This document shows, piece after piece, positions 45,912 to 55,848 of a stretch of 64,000 bases of DNA; the stretch's first letter is position 1, and every line of letters starts with the position of its first letter. The notes below the pieces were generated by a model. That model made no database searches, had not been told where the DNA came from, and saw only the letters and a list, made by a program, of their open reading frames with translations. Origin of the DNA: Solirubrobacteraceae bacterium. Lineage in GTDB: Bacteria > Actinomycetota > Thermoleophilia > Solirubrobacterales > Solirubrobacteraceae. The DNA lies in contig JAUMBQ010000005.1 in assembly GCA_032119595.1 (NCBI GenBank), positions 30,328-94,327 on the forward strand, given 5' to 3'. The position numbers were made by a program, and so were the translations under genes.

Positions 45912-48230
45912 TCACCTCCGCTTGATCGCGATCTTCTGCACCAACACGCGCCCTGCGGCGTCGGCGCGGATGTCGAGGGTGCCGTCTCGATCGGTACGCA
46001 GGGTTGGGACGCCGGCGGCCTGAAGGGTCGCGAGGGTGGCCGGCGTCGGGTGGCCGTAACCGTTTGGGGTGCCGAGACTGATCACCGCGAGCTGCGGGCG
46101 GAGCCGTCGCAGAACCGTCGGCAGTTCCTCATCGTTGCTGCCGTGATGGCTGACGAGTAGCACATCGCCCTGGAGGTTCGGAATCGTCGTGAGGACATTG
46201 CCTTCGGCGTCTGCTGGGAGCAGCGCTCGCAGCGTTCCGATCTGCGCTTCGACGACGACGGCACGGTCGTTTGGGTCGCCAGGCTGCGCCGCCGCGCGAC
46301 CAGTAGGCCAGCGCAGCCGCAAGGCGACCCGCCCGAACGCGACCCGCTGGCCGACCGTCGCTGGCACGACCCGGACGCCGCGCCGCTTGGCCGCCCTAAC
46401 CGCGGCGTCGTGCGTCGGCCCGCCGCCAGGCATCCCGCCGTCGAGCAGAAGATCGGTCGGAAACGCGCCGATGACGGCTGCCGCGCCGCCGTCGTGATCG
46501 GCCGCGGGGTGACTCAAGATGACGGCTCGCAGCCGCCGCACACCCGTACGGCGCACGGCCGCCACGACGCCGCCATCCAACGGACCCGCATCGATCAACA
46601 CGCCCTCCACCCCATCCTGGAGCAGCGTCGCGTTGCCCTGACCGATGTCGAGGACGACCATTCGAGGCTGTGCGGGAGGTCTCGGCACGGCCATCGCCAG
46701 CACCACGAATGCCGCAGCGGTCACGGCGCCGACGACGCGCTTCGGTGGCCGAAGCACTCCCGCGAGCGCGATCCCTACGACGACCGCCGCTGCACCCTGC
46801 CACCCGACGACGGCATACGAGCGATGTTCCGACCATGTCGCCACCGACAGGGTGATGCCCGCGGCCAGCCCACCCGGCTGTGCCAGGAGCGCTGCGACGA
46901 CCGGAGCGATCGGCGTGAACACCGCGGCCAACGCGCCGCTCCAGACGGCGATCCCGACGAGCGGCAAAACCAGCGCATTGGCGACGAGCCCGATCAACGA
47001 CAGCTCGCCGAAGGTGAACAGCATGATCGGCGCCGTCGCGACCGTCGCGACCAGACTGCACGCCAGCCCGGCAGCCAGCCGTCGTGGAATGCCGAAACTG
47101 CTGATCACTCGGGCCGTGCGCGGCGCCAGCCCGATGAGCGCGGCAGCCGCCGCGAAGCTGAGCTGCCAACCCACGTCGAGCGTCGCGCGGGGATCGAGTG
47201 CAAGCGTCGCGACCGCTGCGAACGCGAGCGCGTCGGCCCCGCGCTGCTCCCGGCCCAGCGACAGCGCCAGCAGCCCAGCGAGTCCCATCACTCCGGCCCG
47301 TTGGATCGACGGCCCACCGCCGGCCAACGGCACATACGCGCAGACCGCGACGGCGCAAAGCGCCAGGCGCAGCCGATCCGGGGCGCCGACCAGCCACCCG
47401 ACCGCCATGACCAGCGCGACCACGAGCGCGATATTCCCACCGCTTGCCGCCACGAGATGCCACAGCCCGGAGGTGCGCAAAGCTTCCTGATCGGCCTCGT
47501 CAATCCCGTCATCAGCTCCGAGCGCCATGCCAGCGAGCAACGCTCCCCGTCGGATCCCGACCGCCTCGGAGAGCGTGCGTTGTGCGTGCTCCCCAAAGCG
47601 GTCGACCTGCCCGAGCGGGCCACCACGCCGCCGGCCGGTCGCTCTGAGTTCCGTCGGCTGCACCCGCCCACTCACGCCGAGTCGACGCAACCGGGCGTCG
47701 TTCCCGTCGGCCCTGAGCGGCAGGACTGGGCCGCGGAACTCCGCGATCGCTCCACGCGGAAGGGCGGGCGATGGCGCACCGAACCGCGTGGCCATCACCA
47801 CGACCGACCGGCCACCGACCACCCCCAGCGCGGACGACGAGCGCTCCCGCGACCCCGCTGCCAGCGGCTCGCGCAGCACGACGCTGGTCCAGCCGCCGGC
47901 GGCCTTGCCCGCAGGCGCCGGCATCGTGGAGGCCGCCGCATCGATCGCGCCGGCTCGGGCTCCACCCGCCACGACCGCGACCGCGACGGCAAACCACACC
48001 ACGGCGGACCGGCCGGGCCGCGTGAACCCAGCGACCAGCAGCCCGGCGGGCACCAGTACCCCCGCCGAGCCATGCAACCACGGGCCGGCCGCGAGCCCGA
48101 CCGCGACCGCACCCCAGCACCACGCCGGTAGCCAACGTCGGGCGCCGTCGGCGACACCGGCCCGTCGAAGCGTCCGGTATTGCACACGATCGACGGCCCA
48201 TGCGAGCCCTTGCCCGGCGGTCGCGATCAC
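45912..48230 (-). CDS. comEC: ComEC/Rec2 family DNA internalisation protein (with MBL domain)
   Basis: A polytopic competence domain (LWHLVAASGGNIALV) and a C-terminal MBL domain (VLDIGQGNATLL...SHPAADHDGG). Confidence 0.9.
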   Translation of the reverse strand: MIATAGQGLAWAVDRVQYRTLRRAGVADGARRWLPAWCWGAVAVGLAAGPWLHGSAGVLVPAGLLVAGFTRPGRSAVVWFAVAVAVVAGGARAGAIDAAASTMPAPAGKAAGGWTSVVLREPLAAGSRERSSSALGVVGGRSVVVMATRFGAPSPALPRGAIAEFRGPVLPLRADGNDARLRRLGVSGRVQPTELRATGRRRGGPLGQVDRFGEHAQRTLSEAVGIRRGALLAGMALGADDGIDEADQEALRTSGLWHLVAASGGNIALVVALVMAVGWLVGAPDRLRLALCAVAVCAYVPLAGGGPSIQRAGVMGLAGLLALSLGREQRGADALAFAAVATLALDPRATLDVGWQLSFAAAAALIGLAPRTARVISSFGIPRRLAAGLACSLVATVATAPIMLFTFGELSLIGLVANALVLPLVGIAVWSGALAAVFTPIAPVVAALLAQPGGLAAGITLSVATWSEHRSYAVVGWQGAAAVVVGIALAGVLRPPKRVVGAVTAAAFVVLAMAVPRPPAQPRMVVLDIGQGNATLLQDGVEGVLIDAGPLDGGVVAAVRRTGVRRLRAVILSHPAADHDGGAAAVIGAFPTDLLLDGGMPGGGPTHDAAVRAAKRRGVRVVPATVGQRVAFGRVALRLRWPTGRAAAQPGDPNDRAVVVEAQIGTLRALLPADAEGNVLTTIPNLQGDVLLVSHHGSNDEELPTVLRRLRPQLAVISLGTPNGYGHPTPATLATLQAAGVPTLRTDRDGTLDIRADAAGRVLVQKIAIKRR

Positions 48231-48928
48231 AGGTCGAGCTGCTCACGCAGGCTGGCGAGGCGCTTCTCGCCCACCCCCGACACGTCGTCGAGCTGCTCGA
48301 TACGGGTGAACCCTCCGAGCTTCGTGCGCAGCTCGATGATCGCGGCCGCCATCGAAGGGCCGACGCCGTCGAGGGTGTCGAGCTGCTCCGCCGTCGCCGA
48401 GTTCAGGCTCAGTTTCATCCCTGGCGCCAAGCCAGCGCCTGCGCCATCGCCGGCGGAGGCCCCGCCACTTCCCGGCGCCGTTCCTCCGCCTGCTGCACTT
48501 GGGACCGCGCCCGCGAGCCGCGGGACGATGACCTGCCGGCCGTCGGTCAGCCGCGCCGCCAGGTTCACCTGCGTCAGGTCAGCGTCCGCGGTCAGACCGC
48601 CCGCGCGCTTGACCGCATCGATCAGCCGCCCCGGGGCGTGCACCTTGTAGACACCGGGTCTCCGGACCGCGCCAGCCACGTGCACCACGAACCGCTTCGC
48701 CTTGGGCTTCCCGCCCGCCGACCCCGAGTTCCCCGTGGCCCCGCCGCCACCCGGCGAGGCACCTCGCGCCGTCCCTAGCCCAGGCCCGCCGAGCACCGCC
48801 GGAGAGACCGCCTCCTGCTTCGGCCCCGCTAGGAGCCAAAGCCCGCCGAGCAGCGTGAGCGCCGCCGCCCCGCGACCCCACCGCCTGATCGCGTCCTGCC
48901 AGTCCACCCCCGCGAAGCTATGGACCAA
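48227..48928 (-). CDS. comEA: ComEA family DNA-binding protein (SLBB + HhH)
   Basis: VHVAGAVRRPGVYKV...RLIDAVKRAGG (SLBB) and LNSATAEQLDTLDGVGPSMAAAIIELR (HhH). 4-nt overlap with comEC. Confidence 0.85.
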   Translation of the reverse strand: MVHSFAGVDWQDAIRRWGRGAAALTLLGGLWLLAGPKQEAVSPAVLGGPGLGTARGASPGGGGATGNSGSAGGKPKAKRFVVHVAGAVRRPGVYKVHAPGRLIDAVKRAGGLTADADLTQVNLAARLTDGRQVIVPRLAGAVPSAAGGGTAPGSGGASAGDGAGAGLAPGMKLSLNSATAEQLDTLDGVGPSMAAAIIELRTKLGGFTRIEQLDDVSGVGEKRLASLREQLDL

Positions 48929-48965
48929 ATGCCCTCAGCAGACGCGCACTCCGTTACGGAACTGC

Positions 48966-49035
48966 GCGGACCTTGCGGCGGCGCAACGTGCTCGGTCAAC
49001 GCGGACCCTGCGGCGGCCCGGCGTACTCAGTCAGC
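48966..49035. repeat. 35-bp tandem duplication spanning the stop codon of the giant gene
   Basis: GCGGACCTTGCGGCGGCGCAACGTGCTCGGTCAAC (48966-49000) and GCGGACCCTGCGGCGGCCCGGCGTACTCAGTCAGC (49001-49035). Confidence 0.6.
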
Positions 49036-52000
49036 GGCGACGCAGCGCCAAACGCACCGTGCGCGAGGCGCCGTCGCCCACCACCCGGATCGCGACCGAC
49101 CGCTGACCGCACGACGACCGCACCGTGATCGTGGACGAACGTGCGCTGCCGCCCTTGGACCGAGCGCGCAGCCTGGCCAGTCGCTGGCGTCCCTGCCACA
49201 CCGTCGCCGCGACGTCCGTCGCGAGTCGATACCGAACTGGCCCACAGGCGCCGGCACGCCGCAGCTGGCCGATCGGCTTCAGAGCGATCACGACCGGCGC
49301 GATCGCTCGTACGCGAACGGCCACCGGCAAGCTGGTGCCGGTCCCGCCTGGCGGCCCGGCGAGCGCGCGCAGGACGTGTCGACCGACCGGCAGTCGCGAC
49401 AGGTCCAGCGACGATCCACGACCGACCACGATCATCCGTTTGCCGGTCGCCCAGCGGATGCCGCGACCAGGCAGCGCGTCGCCGGTCGGCGTCTTCGCCG
49501 TCGCGGTCAGCACCTGTCGCTCGCCCTTGCGAACGAGGTAGCTGGTCTCGGCGTCGTTGATCTCGACACCAGGCGGCCCGCCGCTGAAGGTGAGCTCGCC
49601 GCTCACCGCGGTTCGGGTGCTGAACCCGTCGGTCACCGTCACCCGCACGCGCCCACGACCGCCCGGCGCCGCTGGCAGCACGCCGCCGGAGATCACGTGA
49701 CGGTCACCGCCGCGGCCGCCCGCGAGGACCTTCCACGTTTCGCCACGGTCGCTCGACACCTCGATCGTCGCGAGCGGACGGTCGCCCTCTGGGTCGTCGG
49801 TGCGCCACCGCACCTCAAGGAGGCCGCGCCTGGTCACGCGAGTACCAGCAGCCGGTGCGGTCAACGCGACCGTCGGCGCTGCGCCAGCGTCAAGCTGAGC
49901 GAGGACGTGTCCACCATCTACGGCGACCGCCTCTATCCGCGTGACACCGTCGCCCGGAAGGACGACGGAAGCCGCAATCGCGATGCTGCCGTCCGGTGCC
50001 GCCTCAGCGTCCTCGGGCTGGGTGGCCACGCGAGCGCTGGCCACCAGCGATCCGTCGGCGCGTCGCGCGTCGATGCGCAGCGGCCCGTCCGGAGCGGCTG
50101 ATGCAGCCGCGGCGAGTTCAACCTCCGTCCGCTCGGTCGGCGTGACCGTGAAGCGCGTGAACTGCGTGTCGCGAATGCCGATGCTCACGGCGATCGCGGG
50201 CTTCAGCGGGCTCGCCGGTGCTTTGGCCTGAGTCGTTCGGGCTGGGTTTGCCCGGCGCCCGACGGGCCGGCTGCCTCGGTTGGCCGCGCTGAACGGAGCG
50301 CCGCGATCCGGCCTGCTCCCCGACTCGCCCGGCGTCGCGAGGCGCCCCAGCCGCAACGGCACGCCCAAGAACGACCGCCGGCTTGAGATGCCGACCGGGT
50401 CGTCGGCAAGCGGTGCGAGCGCGTTGCGGAGCAGTGCGTAGGCGTATGGGCACGACGGGAGGATCCCGAACCGGTAGGTCGACAGCACCGTCGGCTTGCA
50501 CGGCAACGCCACACCGTTCGTGTACCCGCGATTGACCGCATCCGGGGTGCGCTCGGTGTATTCCTGGCTACCGCGCACCATCGCGTTCCAGTACCGGGTG
50601 CTCCACCAGGTCCCGTTCCCCGGGGCAAGCGCCGCGCCGAGCGTCCCACGTGGCACGCCGCCACACGCCGAGGTGACGTCTCGAAGCTCCGCGCCGCCAC
50701 AGCCGGCCGCGAGCGGCGGCCGGTTCTCCACTCGCCGGTAGCCCGCAGGATGACCGTCGCCAGGAGAACGCTCGATGGCCTCCCCGCCGACGTAGCCGAA
50801 ATGATCGGGTTCCCAGTTCGCTGCCCAGACCGCACCACCTCGACCCGACGCCGGGCGTAGCCCCTGCATCTGGGCCAGCGCACGACCGATCGACGGCGCG
50901 CTCGCCGGCTCCCCTGCACGAAGACTCACGACGCTCTGCATGTCGGGCGACGGCGCTGAGTTCGACGAGGGAAGCCGGTCGCTGCGCTCGATGAAGGCTG
51001 CGGCGCGCTGCCCGCCCCCAGCAGGCGACCCCACCCCCGGCACGCATCGGCCCGCTTGATAGGCGCAGCGGTCCGCGATGGCGATCGCAGGACTGTCAGC
51101 CGGTCGACCGGCCGGCGCGTCGCCGCGGTTCAAACGACGGTCGACGAGATTTCGGGCGTCGGCGAGTACCGAGGCGGCGTCAAGCTGGTTGCTCGGCGCG
51201 AGGTACGCGAACGTTCGCGGTGCGTCGAGATAGAACGGGACCGGGGAGAAACTGGACAGACGCGACTGCAACGTTTGCGAGGCGCGGTACTCCAGCTGCC
51301 CACGGTCTGGCGGCAGGACCGACACCACTGAGGCCCGCACCGGCTCCATTTGCGCCACGGCTGGATAGCGAATCGTGATCCGGTCGTTGTCGCGAGCGCA
51401 GTTCTCACATTGCGCAGGCACGCCTGGCGTCTCAGGAACCGAGTCGCGCATCGACGGAGAGGTGTGTGAGGCGAGGATGAACTCGTACGGCCGGGTGAGC
51501 TTGATCGAGAACGCGTACGGCACAGCGCGGTCGCGCATCTCTGGACTCACGCCGACGGCGTTGGTAATGGGAACCCGGTCCGGCTGGTAGAGCAGCCGGG
51601 TGATCGGGACTTCGCTTCGCGAGTTGTTCTCGTCGGCTTGGCGCTCTCCCTCGGCTCGCTCGTAGCGCCCGGACAGGTAGACGCCCGGCGACGGCGCGCT
51701 GGTGCCGCGCCCGCCGTGGGCGACCACCCATACGAGCACGATGCCCATGCCCTTGGAGAGCACGACCCCGTCGTAGAGCGCGTCGCGGGCTGGCGGCCCA
51801 GGCCAGGCCGTGGAGGTCTGCCGCTGAACGCCCTGCGTGATCTCCATGCCGACGACGTCGTAGTCCGGGCGGACTGGCTTGGGCGGGAGCACCTGGATCG
51901 AGACGGGCACGTCGAGCGACAGACCGAGCCCGTTCGAAACGCGGTACAGGACGGTGTCGACCCCCGGCGTGTCGCGCACCTTCCGGGTGACGCTGATCGT

Positions 52001-54043
52001 CGCGCGCTGGTCGATGAGGGAGCTGAATGGGTTCAAAAGGTTGGGGCATGTGCCGAACGTCGTGCGCACGCAGACGGTGCCGTCCGACGTTCCGAGGTCG
52101 ACCTGGAAGGTGATCCGGACGACAGACCCGGGCTCGGGGTTCGCTGGGCTGAGGATGGGGCCGATGAGGAGCGTCGGCGGTGGGATGCGGAACGACTGAA
52201 CCCGCTCAACCTCCGGAACGGGGCGGTACGTCTCCGTGAGGAGCTTGGGCACCTGCGTCACGAGGAGCGAGGACGGCATCAGCCAAGACGATCCAGGCAC
52301 CGTGACCGGAGCCAGCGGTGGCAGGCTCGGTGCCGGCGTCGGGGTCGGCGTGGGGGTCGGCAGCGGCGTGGGGACCGTGGTCGGGGCCGGCGTCGGCGTC
52401 GGTGACCCAGGCGTGGGCGTCGGCGTCGGCGTGAGCGTGGGCGTCGGCGTGGGCGTCGGCGCCGTGACGACGTACGTCGCCTGCGCGGAATTCTCGCCTG
52501 CGAGGGAGTCGAACACGCGCACGCGAACGGTGCGGCTCTGCGCCACAGGCACCGCCACCGAGGTCGTCGGCGCAGCGCCGATCACGTCTTCGGTCGAGTT
52601 GCCGTCGGTGTCGAAGGCGTACGTGAGGACTCCCGGCCCGTCTGGATCAGCGCTGCCGGAGGCGTCGAGCGTGATCATCGCCGGGGCTGCCGCGGTCGGC
52701 GGGGTGAGCTGGAGGGCCGCCGTCGGTGGCGCATTGAGGCTCACCCGGACCGCGCTTGCGGCCGCGTCGACCAGGTCATCACCTGGAGTGTTGCCCGTGA
52801 AGACCACCATGCCGCCGTTCTCGAAGACGGCCGCTGGCTGCTCACGGTGGCCGGACACGGTCTCGGCCAACCCTGGCTTGGGTCCACCGGGGTTCCACCG
52901 CGTATCGGCAGTTCCGTCGGGCTTCAGGCGTGCCGTCACCGACTGCGTCCCATCGCCATCCGTCACGCCCGACACGACGATGGACCCGTCGCCCTGCCAG
53001 GCGCCGTCGATCGCTCGCACGTTCTCGCTCCACTGCGCGGCCCGGACGGTGCCGACCGGCGCGCCGTCGATCGTGAGTCGCTGGGAGAGCAGCACTCGCG
53101 CGGGCGGCGTCGGTGAGAGACGCTGGCCGATCGCCATGAGCCCGGACGGCACGGCCACGAACCGCGACAGGTGGACCCGCTCAGAAAACGAAAACGCTCC
53201 GCCCGTCCCGAAGTCGCCATCGAGCGCACCCGAGGAGAGCCGCCGTTCGATGACGGCGGCGTTCGGCGAAGGATCGCCGCTCGCCAGGAGTTCGTGGCGA
53301 GCAAGCAGGAACTTCCCTGCGGTCTCGGCAATCAGGTCGACCACGCGATCCACGCCGTTAACGCCAGCCCCTCCGGGCGTCGGGTCAAATGCGAGGAACC
53401 CCGCGCCTCCCAGCGAGCTGCCCAGCGCCCCGGCCGCGTCGAGGTCGGCGAGGAAGAGGGTGTGCGTCGTCCCGCCTGTCGTTCGCTCTCCGGCGACCGC
53501 CGCCGCCCCTCCACCGCGGACGGCGATCGCCGTTGCCACCGAGCCCGAACCAGCGCCGAGGTTCCGCACGCCGTTCACGCCGTAGCTCAGGTCCAGCCCC
53601 GAGCCATCGTGGGCGATCCCGACGACGACGGCTTCGCCGCTCGCACTCGCGCCAGCTACCAGCAGCCGCTGCACCGTCGCCGCGGCGCGGCGCCCCGTCG
53701 GCGACCGGTCCGGCAGCGTGATGACGCTGGCGGCGAGGTCGAGGATGCCGTCTCCGCCACCGTAGGCCGGGTCAAGCGCCCCGGCCGCGGTCAGCTTCAC
53801 GATCCGCGTCATGTTCGTGAGCGAGGCCTGGCGACGCAGGACGACGTAGTTCCCGCCCGCGGGTGCGGCCGCCGCATCGACGGGGTACAGATCAGCGCCA
53901 GCAGCCGCGAGCGTCCGGACTCCCGCTACCCCGAACGCAGCATCGCGAGCGCCTGCGGGCGCAGCATGTGCCGTCCCCGCCAGCGTCTGGGAGCAAACAA
54001 CCACTGCGAGCAGCAGCCGCAAGCCGAGGGGAAGACCACGCAT
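49031..54043 (-). CDS. giant secreted protein: delta-60-like repeats, PKD domain, PT linker, large unassigned central region, Ig-like C-terminus
   Basis: Signal peptide MRGLPLGLRLLLAVVVCSQTLAGTAHA|AP (ATG 54043; the ORF is open to 54070). Delta-60-like repeats: GALDPAYGGGDG, LDLSYGVNG, GALDGDFGTGG. PKD motif: ITLDASGSADPDGPGVLTYAFDTDGN. Linker: TPTPTPTLTPTPTPTPGSPTPTP. Confidence 0.8.
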   Translation of the reverse strand: MRGLPLGLRLLLAVVVCSQTLAGTAHAAPAGARDAAFGVAGVRTLAAAGADLYPVDAAAAPAGGNYVVLRRQASLTNMTRIVKLTAAGALDPAYGGGDGILDLAASVITLPDRSPTGRRAAATVQRLLVAGASASGEAVVVGIAHDGSGLDLSYGVNGVRNLGAGSGSVATAIAVRGGGAAAVAGERTTGGTTHTLFLADLDAAGALGSSLGGAGFLAFDPTPGGAGVNGVDRVVDLIAETAGKFLLARHELLASGDPSPNAAVIERRLSSGALDGDFGTGGAFSFSERVHLSRFVAVPSGLMAIGQRLSPTPPARVLLSQRLTIDGAPVGTVRAAQWSENVRAIDGAWQGDGSIVVSGVTDGDGTQSVTARLKPDGTADTRWNPGGPKPGLAETVSGHREQPAAVFENGGMVVFTGNTPGDDLVDAAASAVRVSLNAPPTAALQLTPPTAAAPAMITLDASGSADPDGPGVLTYAFDTDGNSTEDVIGAAPTTSVAVPVAQSRTVRVRVFDSLAGENSAQATYVVTAPTPTPTPTLTPTPTPTPGSPTPTPAPTTVPTPLPTPTPTPTPAPSLPPLAPVTVPGSSWLMPSSLLVTQVPKLLTETYRPVPEVERVQSFRIPPPTLLIGPILSPANPEPGSVVRITFQVDLGTSDGTVCVRTTFGTCPNLLNPFSSLIDQRATISVTRKVRDTPGVDTVLYRVSNGLGLSLDVPVSIQVLPPKPVRPDYDVVGMEITQGVQRQTSTAWPGPPARDALYDGVVLSKGMGIVLVWVVAHGGRGTSAPSPGVYLSGRYERAEGERQADENNSRSEVPITRLLYQPDRVPITNAVGVSPEMRDRAVPYAFSIKLTRPYEFILASHTSPSMRDSVPETPGVPAQCENCARDNDRITIRYPAVAQMEPVRASVVSVLPPDRGQLEYRASQTLQSRLSSFSPVPFYLDAPRTFAYLAPSNQLDAASVLADARNLVDRRLNRGDAPAGRPADSPAIAIADRCAYQAGRCVPGVGSPAGGGQRAAAFIERSDRLPSSNSAPSPDMQSVVSLRAGEPASAPSIGRALAQMQGLRPASGRGGAVWAANWEPDHFGYVGGEAIERSPGDGHPAGYRRVENRPPLAAGCGGAELRDVTSACGGVPRGTLGAALAPGNGTWWSTRYWNAMVRGSQEYTERTPDAVNRGYTNGVALPCKPTVLSTYRFGILPSCPYAYALLRNALAPLADDPVGISSRRSFLGVPLRLGRLATPGESGSRPDRGAPFSAANRGSRPVGRRANPARTTQAKAPASPLKPAIAVSIGIRDTQFTRFTVTPTERTEVELAAAASAAPDGPLRIDARRADGSLVASARVATQPEDAEAAPDGSIAIAASVVLPGDGVTRIEAVAVDGGHVLAQLDAGAAPTVALTAPAAGTRVTRRGLLEVRWRTDDPEGDRPLATIEVSSDRGETWKVLAGGRGGDRHVISGGVLPAAPGGRGRVRVTVTDGFSTRTAVSGELTFSGGPPGVEINDAETSYLVRKGERQVLTATAKTPTGDALPGRGIRWATGKRMIVVGRGSSLDLSRLPVGRHVLRALAGPPGGTGTSLPVAVRVRAIAPVVIALKPIGQLRRAGACGPVRYRLATDVAATVWQGRQRLARLRARSKGGSARSSTITVRSSCGQRSVAIRVVGDGASRTVRLALRRR

Positions 54044-54202
54044 CGGGTCGAGTCTCGCAGGCGTGCCCACCGAACTCCAACGCGCCAGAAGAATTCATCA
54101 TTTCATCGCGACGGCTGATTCCCAACGCCAGCCCGCCTGCGGACGAACTCTTGGCGAACGCCCCAAAACGCTCCGAACGGCTGAACGCGGGTGGTCTTCG
54201 GT

Positions 54203-55705
54203 TCAGTGCGGCCGGTCGAGCCGCGCGTCTTCGAGGTCGAGGTCGCGCTCGATGCGATGCAGCACGTCGGTGTGTAGGAATCCGATGTCGCGAAGCCGGA
54301 TCAGCTCGCGCCGCTCGGCATTGAGCGCTTCGCGGCGCAGGCGCTGGTAGGCCTGGGAGCGGTCCTCGACGGCGCCATCGTCGTCATCGTCGAAGCGTGC
54401 TTTGAACCGCCGGATCCTGAACTCGTAGGCGGCCTTCATCCGGGCCGCTGAGTCCTCACCGACCCAGCCCTCCGACCCGAGTTCATCGAGCCGCGCGATC
54501 GCTGCCTGCGCGGCTTTGAGCCGCGCCTTCGCCTCGCGCGCTTCGTTCGTCGCACCGTCATCCAAGCCGACCAGCCGGATCATCAGCGGCAGGAGCAGGC
54601 CCTGGCCGACGATCGTCACCAGGATCACGAAGTACACGATCAGCACGATCAGGTCCCGCGCTGGGAAGGCGTCGCCGGACTCCGTGAGCGCGGGGATCGT
54701 GAGCGCCGCCGCGAGCGACACGGCGCCTCGCATGCCGGTGAACGCCACGAGGAACGTCTCTCCCCACGGCGCCAGCGGGCTCTTGATCTCGCGGGCCTGG
54801 TTCCAGATCATCCGGCGCAGCCCGGCCGTCGCGAACACGTAGAGGAACCGCACCACGATCACGGCGACCGACACGATCACGCCGTAGAACAGCAGCGTTC
54901 CCGCGGAGTAGTCGTCGGAGACGGCGTCGATGATCGACGGCAGCTGCGTGCCGAGCAGGATGAACAGCGCCGCGTTGAGCACGAAGATGAGGAGTTCCCA
55001 GACCGCCGTGGACTGCAGCCGGGTGATCGGCGTGACCAGGATCGGCGCTCGCCAGCCGAGCCAGATACCGGACGTGACGGCCGCAAGCACGCCACTCGCG
55101 CCGAGCGCATCGGCCGGGAGGAACGCCAGGAACGGCGTGAGGAGCGACACCGTGATCTCGGTGAGCGGGTCGTCGAGCGGTTTGCGGACCTGCACGATCA
55201 CCCAACTGATCGCGATCCCTATCGCGACGCCACCGGCAGAGCTGAGCACGAACTCGCCGACGGCAACCGGCGCGGAGAACGACCCCGCGACCACTGCCGC
55301 GATCGCGAACTTGAGCAGGATCAGCGCGGTCGCGTCGTTGATGAGCGACTCGCCCTCGACGACGGTCACGAACCGCCGGGGTGCGCCGAGCCGCCCAGCG
55401 ATCGCGGTCGCCGCAACCGGATCGGTCGGTGAGAGGACCGCGCCGAGCGTGAACGCAGCCGCCCAGCTCATCCCGTCGATAAACGTGTGGGCGACCACGC
55501 CGACGAGCGCCATGGTCGCGAGCACGAGGCCGATCGAGAGCGACGCCACTGGTCGGAGATTCGCTTTGAGATCCCGCAACGAGGAGAAGAACGCTGCCCC
55601 GTAGAGCAGCGGCGGCAAGAAGATCACGAGCACGAGCTCGGGCTCGAGCGTGAAGTTCGGGATCCCCGGCGCAAAGCCGAGCACCAGGCCCCCGAGGACC
55701 AGCAC
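54203..55705 (-). CDS. Na+/H+ antiporter (CPA1/NhaP type)
   Basis: LVLGGLVLGFAPGIPNFTLEPELVLVIFLPPLLY, with a C-terminal cytoplasmic helical domain. The first canonical start (GTG 55705) lies inside what should be TM2, so the true start is probably upstream (see findings). Confidence 0.85.
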   Translation of the reverse strand: MLVLGGLVLGFAPGIPNFTLEPELVLVIFLPPLLYGAAFFSSLRDLKANLRPVASLSIGLVLATMALVGVVAHTFIDGMSWAAAFTLGAVLSPTDPVAATAIAGRLGAPRRFVTVVEGESLINDATALILLKFAIAAVVAGSFSAPVAVGEFVLSSAGGVAIGIAISWVIVQVRKPLDDPLTEITVSLLTPFLAFLPADALGASGVLAAVTSGIWLGWRAPILVTPITRLQSTAVWELLIFVLNAALFILLGTQLPSIIDAVSDDYSAGTLLFYGVIVSVAVIVVRFLYVFATAGLRRMIWNQAREIKSPLAPWGETFLVAFTGMRGAVSLAAALTIPALTESGDAFPARDLIVLIVYFVILVTIVGQGLLLPLMIRLVGLDDGATNEAREAKARLKAAQAAIARLDELGSEGWVGEDSAARMKAAYEFRIRRFKARFDDDDDGAVEDRSQAYQRLRREALNAERRELIRLRDIGFLHTDVLHRIERDLDLEDARLDRPH

Positions 55706-55848
55706 GATCGGGTACGGGATCGTGACGAAGTACGCGATCAGCAGCAGGCCGGTGACAGCCGCTAGGAGCGCGAAGAACGCGAGGTCGTCTGCCCCGCCCC
55801 CGGTGGAGGCGAGCGGAAGCAGATCGATCGCGGCGCCGGCTATCGCCG

